Shown here: piece after piece, positions 28,713-36,499 of the stretch | Position numbering within the stretch: the first letter of the stretch is position 1 | Layout of the letters: each line of letters opens with the position of its first letter | Source of the DNA: an uncultured Pseudomonadota bacterium | Lineage (GTDB): Bacteria > Pseudomonadota > Alphaproteobacteria > JACZXZ01 | Length of the DNA stretch: 64,000 bases | NCBI GenBank assembly: GCA_963749075.1 | Contig: CAVVLJ010000017.1 | Location: 96,001-160,000, forward strand | Reading direction: 5' to 3' | Notes under the pieces: model-generated | What the model was told of the DNA's origin: nothing | Seen by the model: only the letters and a program-made list of their open reading frames with translations | Databases searched by the model: none | Made by a program: the position numbers and the translations under genes

Positions 28713-30525
28713 TCAAATCTGCAAATCGGCCGCGGCGTAGGGCCGCACGCTCTCCGCGACCGAGTTCGGCGACATGCTCCTTGGTGATGACGCCGATCAC
28801 GTCCGCGGCGTGGGGAACGCCGCTCGAGCGGACGACGACCACCATCGTGGCATTGCGCCGCCACATGCGGACGATCACGTTGAACATGATGTCCTGCTCG
28901 CGGGCGATGGTGAAGTGGCGGCTCGCCACGTCGCCCAGCGTCACGCCGGTATAGGCGCCCTCGAGGCCGCGGCGGAGTGCTGTATTGACGCGCAGCACCC
29001 CGGCGACACGGCCGCCGTGCGCCACCACCACGTGCCGCATCTGCCCGTGGTTGCCGGGCTCCCTGAGGAAGTCGTCGAAGCGCTGTTCCTGCGGCAGGAC
29101 GATCACGTCCTTGTCCATGACCTCGGCCGCGCGCCGCACGAGGAACATGTTGGCGTGGAGCGCCTTGGGAATGAAATGGCTGCGGGCGACCAGCTTGATC
29201 GTGTAGATGTTCTCGCGCGAGAGCATGCGGCGGATGCCGATGCTGATGGCGACCGCGAGTATCATCGGCATGACGATGTCGTAGTCGCGCGTCATTTCGA
29301 AGATCATGGTGACCGCCGTCATGGCGGCACCCGTGCCGCCGCCCACCATAGCCGCCATGCCCACCATCGCGAAGGCGGCGATGCTGACAGAGGACGTGGG
29401 GAACATCAGGTGCACAAGCGCGCCGAAGGCGCCGCCGAGCGTCGCCCCCATGAAGAGCGAGGGCGAGAAGATGCCGCCCGAGGAGCCGGAGCCCAGGCTC
29501 AGCACGGTGGCGGCGAGCTTGCAACCGAAGAGCACCGCCAGGAAGGGCGCCGCGTTGAGGCCGCCGAGCAGCAGGTCCTGGATCGTGGCGTAGCCCACGC
29601 CCTCGATCTGATAGTGCCCGTGCCAGAGGAAGAGCCCGTACATCATGAGGCCGACGATCAGCATCCCGCTCATATGGCGCAGATAGGGATCGCGCACGCG
29701 CGCGAAGAGGCCTTCCGCGAAATGCAGCCCTTGGATGAAGCCGGTCGCAGCCAGGCCGATCAGGCCGCCGAGGAGGGCATAGAGCAGGAGAGCCGAGAGC
29801 GGCGCGGGGCTGTTCGAGAGCATGAGCACGGACGGCACCTGGAAGGCCGGCTGCAGGCCGAAGAAGAGTCGCCCGACGAAGGTCGCCGTGCCGGTCGCGA
29901 GAGCCACGGGAAGGAAGGTGCGGACGCTCACCTCCGGCATCATGAGCTCGATCGCGAACATCACGCCGCCGATGGGCGTGTTGAAGGTGGCGGCAATGCC
30001 GGCGCCGGCCCCGGCCGCCACGAGCGTGATGCGCTGCCACGGCTCCATCGTGATGATCTGCCCGATGGTCGAGCCGAGCGAGGCGCCGATCTGGATGATC
30101 GGCCCCTCGCGGCCGACCGCGGCACCGCTGCCGATGGCAAGGGCCGAGGCGAGGGACTTGACCGCGGCCACGACCGGACGGATGCGACCCTCCTGGTAAT
30201 AGATCGCATCCATGACCTCGGGCACGCCGTGGCCGCGCGCCTCGGGCGCGAATTTCGTGACGAGAAACGTCACCCCCACGGCGCCAACGACCGGGACGAG
30301 GATGACGAAGGCGCCCCAGGGGCTCGCGGGCGTATAGAGATTGGCGTCGTAGAGCACCGAGAGCTTGCCGAGGAAGAAGAGATTGTGGATGAAGCCGATG
30401 AGGCCGCGGAAGAAGACCGCGCCCAGGCCGGTGACCGCGCCGACGATGATGGCGATGAGCGAGAGGCGCAGCAGTCCGATGGGCCGGCGCGCGAGGAGTC
30501 CGTTCGTCATGGCTACTGCCTTCAT
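28713..30525 (-). CDS. CLC chloride channel/antiporter with CBS domains; apparent 1-nt frameshift near 3' end
   Basis: GHGVPE, GREGP, FNTPIGG and GGIFSP motifs. As sequenced the frame runs to 28546. Removing one base at 28765-28766 gives ...KEHVADSVAESVRPYAAADLQI* ending at 28713. Confidence 0.85.
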
Positions 30526-30715
30526 GCTGCGCTCACGGTCGGGCGGCGGCGGGCGCCGGCCCCTGGGGCGCGGAACTCCGTCGTTTCTTAGTCTTAGCCT
30601 CTCGCGCGCTGGCGTGGAAAGGGCGATTTGACGCGGTGGAGTCGAGGCCCAAGCGGCTATACTGGGTCATCGCGAAGCTTGAGATATGATAACGTGCAAG
30701 GGGCAGCGGGCGATC

Positions 30716-30743
30716 CTTGCGTTCACCCCCGCATAGCCTATAT
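30716..30743 (+). promoter_or_regulatory. Putative alphaproteobacterial RpoH/RpoD-type promoter upstream of ctpA
   Basis: CTTG-N17-CCTATAT. Confidence 0.4.
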
Positions 30744-30993
30744 CGGGGTTGAGAGCGCGCTCCGCCCCGATGGGGAGCGGGGCGCAGCAATCGCCCTCGT
30801 TTCGTGGTTTCGCCGCGTGATGCCCAATCATGGTGTCGAAACCACAACACATCGCTATGATTTTGCGGGCGTTCCGGGCCGCAGGTCCGGAAAGGGGCTT
30901 GGATTTCGGAGCACGGGCGGCAGGCTGTGGTGACGAGATTGCCTCCCTGCCTCGACACGCAACTTCATGAAAGATTCAAGGATGGGCAGCAAC

Positions 30994-32295
30994 ATGCGAC
31001 GAATCTGGTTCACGGCGGCGCTGCTTGCCGGTCTTCTCGCGGTCCCCTTCCTGGTGCGCGCGGGCGACGACAGCGACCGCATCTACAAGTCCCTCAGCTT
31101 CTTCGGCGATGCCGTGCAGATCATCCGCGAGAACTACGTCGAGCCGGTCGATGTGGATAAGCTCATCGGTGCCGCGCTCAACGGCATGCTGACCTCGCTC
31201 GATCCGCATTCGAGCTACATGGACCCGGCCGCCTACCGCGAGATGCAGGTGGAGACCAAGGGCGAGTTCGGCGGACTCGGCATGGAAGTGACCATGAAGG
31301 AGGGCCTCCTCGAGATCGTCTCGCCCATCGACGATACGCCGGCCACCGATGCCGGGCTCAAGGCGGGCGATATCATCATGCGCATCGACGGCGAGGTGGT
31401 CATGGGCCTCAGCCTCTCGCAGGCGGTCGACAAGCTGCGCGGACCCGAGCATTCGAGCGTCAAGCTGAGCATCCGGCGCGGCACCCAGCCGGCCTACGAC
31501 GTGACGCTCATCCGCCGCGTCATCAAGGTGAAGCCGGTTCATGCGAAGCTTTACGGCAAGATCGGCTACATCCGCATCTCGATCTTCTCCGAGCTGACGC
31601 AGGACGGCGTCGAGCAGTCGCTCGACAAGCTCCGCCACGAGGCGGGCGGCAGGCTCAAGGGGCTGGTGCTCGACCTGCGCGACGATCCGGGCGGTCTCCT
31701 CGACCAGGCGGTCGCGGTGGGCAGCGACTTCCTCGGCGGCGGCGAGATCGTCTCGACCCGCGGGCGCCGCTCGCAGGACGATCAGCAGTTCTACGCCCAT
31801 GGCGGCGACCTCGCCAAGGGCGTGCCCATCGTCGTGCTCATCAACGGCGGCACCGCGTCGGCGTCCGAGATCGTGGCCGGCGCGCTGCGCGACAACCGCC
31901 GCGCCGTCGTCATGGGCGTGCGCTCCTTCGGCAAGGGCACCGTGCAGACAATCATCCCCATCGAAGGGCGCGGCGCCATCCGCCTGACCACGGCGCGCTA
32001 CTACACGCCCTCCGGCAAATCGATCCAGGACGTGGGCATCGAGCCCGACATCGTGGTGCCGGCCGGCAAGCAGGAGGCGGCAGCGAACCAGATCCGCGAG
32101 AGCGATCTGCCGGGCGCGCTCAAGAACCCGGACGGCACGGCGATCCCCAAGGTCGACCACGCAGCCGCCGCCACCCGCGAGCCGCCGCCTGCGGCACCCG
32201 GGACGGCGGCGGCCGCGGGCGGGGACTACCAGCTCGACCGCGCTCTCGAGTACCTGCGCGGGCCGTCGGTGCAGAAGGGAGGAACGGCGAAGTGA
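30994..32295 (+). CDS. ctpA: S41 family carboxyl-terminal processing protease
   Basis: LDPHSSYM, PDZ motif GEFGGLG, LDLRDDPGG, TASASEIV and FGKGTVQ. Confidence 0.93.
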   Translation: MRRIWFTAALLAGLLAVPFLVRAGDDSDRIYKSLSFFGDAVQIIRENYVEPVDVDKLIGAALNGMLTSLDPHSSYMDPAAYREMQVETKGEFGGLGMEVTMKEGLLEIVSPIDDTPATDAGLKAGDIIMRIDGEVVMGLSLSQAVDKLRGPEHSSVKLSIRRGTQPAYDVTLIRRVIKVKPVHAKLYGKIGYIRISIFSELTQDGVEQSLDKLRHEAGGRLKGLVLDLRDDPGGLLDQAVAVGSDFLGGGEIVSTRGRRSQDDQQFYAHGGDLAKGVPIVVLINGGTASASEIVAGALRDNRRAVVMGVRSFGKGTVQTIIPIEGRGAIRLTTARYYTPSGKSIQDVGIEPDIVVPAGKQEAAANQIRESDLPGALKNPDGTAIPKVDHAAAATREPPPAAPGTAAAAGGDYQLDRALEYLRGPSVQKGGTAK

Positions 32296-32352
32296 CGCTC
32301 GGGCGGGCCGCGGGCGCCAAGCGCCTCCGTTTCGGGCCCGCCCTCGTGCCGC

Positions 32353-33003
32353 TCAGATCTGCTCGATCAACTCGAAGTTGAAGCTCGCGCCGGACGGATT
32401 CTCGCCGATGCGGATGATCTTGTCGTTGACGAAGCGGTAGGGCGGCACCGGCAGGTTGTAGGGCGCCGGAACGCCCTGGAAGACGCGGCCCGCGAGGTCG
32501 TATTTCGAGCCGTGGCAGGGGCAGAAATAGCCGCCGAGCCAAGTCGGTCCGAGATCGGCAGCACCGACGGTCGGCACGTACTTCGGGATGCAGCCGAGGT
32601 GCGTGCAGATGCCGACGAGGACGAGGTACTCGGGCTTGATCGAGCGATGCCAGTTGGTGGCGTACTTGCCCTGCTGATCCTCGGCCGAGTTGGCATCGCG
32701 GAGCCGCTCGACCAGCTGCGGCTCCTGAAGGACCTTGAGATCCTCGGGCGTCCGGCGCAGCACGAAGATGGGCTGGCTGCGCCAGCGCACGAGGACCTGC
32801 TGGCCCGGCTGGAGCGCCGAGAGATCGAAGTCGATGGGCCCTCCCGCCGCGAGCGTGTCGGCCGCCGGCTCCATCGAATCGATGAACGGCCAGGCCGCCA
32901 GCGCCACTCCCATCGCTCCCATCGCCGTCGCCGCCAGATAGAGGAAGTCTCGGCGCTTGACGGCGTGGCCCTCGCCGACGCCCTCCGTCGCAGCACTGGT
33001 CAT
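32353..33003 (-). CDS. petA: Rieske iron-sulfur subunit of bc1-type complex (orphan)
   Basis: KRRDFL Tat signal, CTHLGC and CPCHGS boxes, PAPYNLPVP. Confidence 0.92.
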   Translation of the reverse strand: MTSAATEGVGEGHAVKRRDFLYLAATAMGAMGVALAAWPFIDSMEPAADTLAAGGPIDFDLSALQPGQQVLVRWRSQPIFVLRRTPEDLKVLQEPQLVERLRDANSAEDQQGKYATNWHRSIKPEYLVLVGICTHLGCIPKYVPTVGAADLGPTWLGGYFCPCHGSKYDLAGRVFQGVPAPYNLPVPPYRFVNDKIIRIGENPSGASFNFELIEQI

Positions 33004-33270
33004 GATCGGCATCCCTCGTCCACCGCTGTCTCGCGCACTCGATATGGGGAGCGCCGCAGCGCAGCGCTATGCACGCGCTGCGGAACATCCCTTGGAAGAG
33101 AGAGGGATGCCGATGACATCCGTCAACCGCGTCAATATAGCTGCGCGCTCTTGACCGGTGCAACTGCGATGCTTGACGGCGATAAAGAGCCGGGCGCGCG
33201 CGAGGCGCGGGAACCGGACTTGCGAGGCAAGCGCGCAGCATGCCAGCAAATCAACCAGCGAAGGAGGCGA

Positions 33271-33455
33271 TGATGATGAGAATGATCGAGCGCCGCACGA
33301 TTTTGACGGCAGCGCTCGGCATCGGGCTGCTCGCGGCCTATGGCGGGCTCGGTGCCGCGAATTCCGCGCGCGCCGCCGAGAATACCCTCGATATCGGCAT
33401 CACGCTGCCGCTCGCGGGGGCGGACGCCGAGGGCGCCGGAAGGCGGCCTGGCTGC
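33271..33455 (+). pseudogene. 5' fragment of a branched-chain amino acid ABC substrate-binding protein
   Basis: AAGGAGG RBS, Tat-like ERRTIL signal and LDIGITLPLAGADA start of a LivJ/K-type domain, then the frame runs into a tandem repeat and stops at 33515. Confidence 0.6.
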
Positions 33456-33527
33456 CGCTTCCCTTGGCGCTTCCCTTGGCGCTTCCCTTGGCGCTTCCCT
33501 TGGCGCTTCCCTTAGCGCCTCCCTTGA
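33456..33527. repeat. 12-bp tandem repeat (CGCTTCCCTTGG) x6
   Basis: Four perfect copies then two degenerate copies (CGCTTCCCTTAG, CGCCTCCCTTGA), read directly. Confidence 0.95.
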
Positions 33528-33574
33528 CGGTGCGCGGCCCGGTAGCGCAAGCTCGCGCGGAGAAGGAGGGCGGC

Positions 33575-34543
33575 ATGGCCCGGAAATTCCCCGACTGGAC
33601 GCCGCAGGGCGTCATCCCGGCGGCGCTGCTGCCGTTCCACGAGGACTTCAGCATCGACGCGGCGTCCTACCGCAAGCACCTCGCGGATCTCGCCGCGGTC
33701 AGCGGCATCGCCGCGGTGACCGTCAACGCCCACTCGACGGAAGCGCACGCCTGCAGCTTCGAGGAGCAGCGCCGCGTGCTCGAGCACACGATGGAAGCGA
33801 TCGGCGACCGCCTGCCGGTCGTCCACGGCGTCTATGCCGACGGCAGCCAGCTCGCCGCGCGCATCGCGCGCATGGCGGACGACGGCGGCGCCTCGGCGCT
33901 CCTCGTCTTCCCGCCGCAGAGCATGGCGGCCGGCGGGCAGCTCCGCCCCGAGATGGCCCTCGCCCATTTCAAGACTATCGCGGAGGCCAGCGACCTGCCG
34001 ATCATCGTCTTCCAGTATCCGCTCGCGGGCGGCCTCGGCTATCCCTTCGAGACGCTCTTGCGCCTCTTCGAGGCGGTGCCCTCCATCAAGGCGATCAAGG
34101 ACTGGTGCAACGATGCCATGCTGCACGAGCGCCAAGTGGTGAGCTTCCAGAGCCTGCCGCGGCCCATCAACGTGCTGACGACGCACAGCGCCTGGCTCAT
34201 GAGCTCGCTCATGAGCGGCTGCGCGGGCGTCCTCTCCGGTGCCGGCAGCGTGATCGCCGATCTCCAGCTCGCCCTCTTCGAGGCGGTGCAGGCCAAGGAT
34301 CTCGCGCGCGCGCAAGCGCTCAACGCGCGCATCTATCCGCTCGCCCAGGCGTTCTACGCGCCGCCCTTCCTCGACATGCACAACCGCATGAAGGAGGCGC
34401 TGGTGCTGCTGGGCCGCCTGCCGCGCGCCGTGGTGCGCCCGCCGCTCGTGAAGCTCTCCGCGGCCGAGATCGAGCGGCTCAAGGCGGCCATCGCCGCGGC
34501 GCGGCTCGCCCGCGAAGGGGCGATGGCCGTCGCCGCCGAGTAA
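33575..34543 (+). CDS. Dihydrodipicolinate synthase family aldolase/dehydratase
   Basis: GVIPAALLPF, NAHSTE, LPIIVFQY and Schiff-base Lys in AIKDW. AAGGAGG RBS. Confidence 0.9.
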   Translation: MARKFPDWTPQGVIPAALLPFHEDFSIDAASYRKHLADLAAVSGIAAVTVNAHSTEAHACSFEEQRRVLEHTMEAIGDRLPVVHGVYADGSQLAARIARMADDGGASALLVFPPQSMAAGGQLRPEMALAHFKTIAEASDLPIIVFQYPLAGGLGYPFETLLRLFEAVPSIKAIKDWCNDAMLHERQVVSFQSLPRPINVLTTHSAWLMSSLMSGCAGVLSGAGSVIADLQLALFEAVQAKDLARAQALNARIYPLAQAFYAPPFLDMHNRMKEALVLLGRLPRAVVRPPLVKLSAAEIERLKAAIAAARLAREGAMAVAAE

Positions 34544-34583
34544 TTCATGCGGGGTAAGCGGGCGCGGCGCCCGCGGACGGACC

Positions 34584-34802
34584 CTAGCTCGAGCCGCCGC
34601 GCCGGCGCCGGGGGCGCTTGATCTCCAAGGCCACCACGTGCGAGCGGCCGTGGGCAAGGCTTTGCAGGATCCGGCCGGGAGCGGCGCTGCTGCGCGGCCG
34701 TGCCGCCGGGCGCCCCCAGCTCAACTCCAGCCGCTCCGCCTCGGCGGCCACCTCGGCATCGGTCGGCACAGCTGCCGTCTTGCGCGCTTCCTTCTTGTCC
34801 AT
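34584..34802 (-). CDS. Small basic protein with IF2-associated-domain-like motif
   Basis: 72 aa, RLELSW...RILQSLAHGRSHVVALEIKRPRRRR. Start overlaps the upstream stop (TGATG). Confidence 0.55.
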   Translation of the reverse strand: MDKKEARKTAAVPTDAEVAAEAERLELSWGRPAARPRSSAAPGRILQSLAHGRSHVVALEIKRPRRRRGGSS

Positions 34803-35173
34803 CAGATCGCCATGGCGCGCTGGCGGACGAGCGGGCTCGGCTTCTGCAGCGGACGCACCTCGATCTGGCCGGCCCGCGGACGCGAGGCGGCGCAGGGGTT
34901 CGCCGAGCCGTTTGCCGAGCCATTTGCCGGGCCATCGCGGTCGCTGGCCGTGCTCAAGCGCAACGCGTGGTTGCGCACCAGGTCGGCATCATAGCCGGCG
35001 GAATTGCAGGCCGCGCGAAAGTCGCCGTCGTTGGCGGCGAACCAGCGGCGCGCGTCCTCGCGCAGGCGCTCCTGCTCGCTCGCGTCGGCGACCATGCCCA
35101 CGTGGGCCGTCGCATCCTGGAGCGCGCGCCAGATGACGGCGCACCAGAGCTGGCGTTCAGGCGAGTCGCTCAT
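34802..35173 (-). CDS. Hypothetical protein (phage-like small helical family)
   Basis: ERQLWCAVIWRALQDA...ARRWF...DFRAACNSAGYD..LVR pattern; low-complexity GSAN tail. Confidence 0.7.
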   Translation of the reverse strand: MSDSPERQLWCAVIWRALQDATAHVGMVADASEQERLREDARRWFAANDGDFRAACNSAGYDADLVRNHALRLSTASDRDGPANGSANGSANPCAASRPRAGQIEVRPLQKPSPLVRQRAMAI

Positions 35174-35236
35174 GCAATTCCGTCCCAGGGGTAAGGCTGC
35201 CGTGCGCGCGTCCCGCGCGTCCGCCGTCCGCACTCG

Positions 35237-35425
35237 TCACGCAATCTCGTTCTCCATGACGACGCGCTCCTGGCCGTTCGTGCGCCCCTTGATGCGGTAC
35301 TGGAAGCCGGATTGCTCGGCAGGCAGGAGCCGCGTGATCTCGTAGCGCTCGTGCGAGGGAGCCTCGTCGGTGGCACGCGGGTGGAACTTGACCGTCTGTC
35401 CGACTTTGAATTTGTGCTGGCGCAT
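35237..35425 (-). CDS. Small conserved hypothetical protein (beta-barrel/SH3-like pattern)
   Basis: 62 aa, MRQHKFKVGQTV...YEITRLLP...QYRIKG...ERVVMENEI. Confidence 0.75.
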   Translation of the reverse strand: MRQHKFKVGQTVKFHPRATDEAPSHERYEITRLLPAEQSGFQYRIKGRTNGQERVVMENEIA

Positions 35426-35510
35426 GTGGATCTCGGGTTTGACGCGGTGTCGATGACGACGAGTGAGGCAGGACGGCAGGACGATGCTGCGCGGCAGCTC
35501 GCCCGAGGCA

Positions 35511-35840
35511 CTAAGTCGAGGTACGGCGCCAGGAGGGATTCTTGTCGAGAATGCGATCCGCCGCACGGCGCGCGGCGTGCACGATCTCATCGGTGCCCCA
35601 GGCGCTGGCCTCCGCCTTGGCCGAATCCATCCTGTTGCCCCGGTGCGGTGCGCCGTCCGGACCCGTGAGCTCCACCGAGACCCAGGCGCCGACGGCGCCG
35701 CCCGTTCGCGGCCGGCCGCCACCCGCGAGACGGCCGGCGGCCGCACGGTCGGCAGCCACGGACACTTCGACGTGGGCGCCGACCATGGAACGCACAGCCT
35801 GTCGTGCCACAGTTTGAATGTGGCCTGCCTCGCTGGTCAT
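35511..35840 (-). CDS. Hypothetical protein
   Basis: 109-aa ORF with AGGAA upstream, co-directional with the small-gene cluster; no recognised motif. Confidence 0.4.
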   Translation of the reverse strand: MTSEAGHIQTVARQAVRSMVGAHVEVSVAADRAAAGRLAGGGRPRTGGAVGAWVSVELTGPDGAPHRGNRMDSAKAEASAWGTDEIVHAARRAADRILDKNPSWRRTST

Positions 35841-36099
35841 GACCGTTCCTGCCTGTGAGATGAATGAATATACGTCCTTTGCCCGGCGAATGCGACCCCA
35901 ATCGAGCGGAAATCCGGCAATCCCGGCCCAAGCACGGCGCGACGGCGCTTGCGGCGCTTGAGACGCGGGAGCCGATTTCGCATCTAACATATTGCAATCA
36001 TTTAATAATTTATCGCCGATCGGCAACCGCGCCGGGTGCCGGCCGGGCGTCGGGCCTTGCGCTACATCAGCCGCGTCTCCGCCCCGGACCGGACAGCGC

Positions 36100-36276
36100 T
36101 CAGCCGCGATCGTAGGCGAGCTTGATCATGGTGAAGATATAGACGACCGCGAAGCCGGCAAGCGCCAGGCCGAACAGGTAGAATCCGATATCCACGGCGC
36201 GCGATGCCAGGAACAGGCCGAGCAGGCCGAGCAGGCCGGCAAAGACGCTCATCATCACGCTGCCGATATCCGACAT
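36100..36276 (-). CDS. Small two-TM membrane protein at end of cco operon (not in ORF track)
   Basis: AAGGGAG RBS. MSDIGSVMMSVFAGLLGLLGLFLASRAVDIGFYLFGLALAGFAVVYIFTMIKLAYDRG (58 aa), 25 nt after the ccoS stop. Confidence 0.8.
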   Translation of the reverse strand: MSDIGSVMMSVFAGLLGLLGLFLASRAVDIGFYLFGLALAGFAVVYIFTMIKLAYDRG

Positions 36277-36301
36277 GGTCCGTCTCCCTTGCTGAAGCTG
36301 G

Positions 36302-36499
36302 TCATTGGCGGCCCGAGTCGCGCTTGCGGCGGAGAGGCGCCGCGCGCGCTTCCTCGTCGGCCTCGTCGTCGAAGAGGATGCGGTTGGCCGCCCCCTCGAG
36401 ATCGTCGAACTGGCCGGCGCGGAGCGCCCAGAGGAAGGCCGCGAGCCCGGCGAGGCCGAGGAAAAGGGCGGCCGGAATGAGGATGAGAAGGCTGCTCAT
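36302..36499 (-). CDS. ccoS: cbb3 oxidase assembly protein CcoS/FixS
   Basis: LLILIP..LFLG...FLWALRAGQFDDLEGAANRILFDD. Confidence 0.93.
   Translation of the reverse strand: MSSLLILIPAALFLGLAGLAAFLWALRAGQFDDLEGAANRILFDDEADEEARAAPLRRKRDSGRQ

Noticed and set aside
28713-30990. Fluoride-specific CLC with fluoride riboswitch
   Set aside because: The signatures are GHGVP/GREGP rather than the CLC-F type, and no crcB riboswitch motif was recognised upstream.
33456-33527. Possible CRISPR array
   Set aside because: The 12-bp units are contiguous with no spacers, and no cas genes are present.
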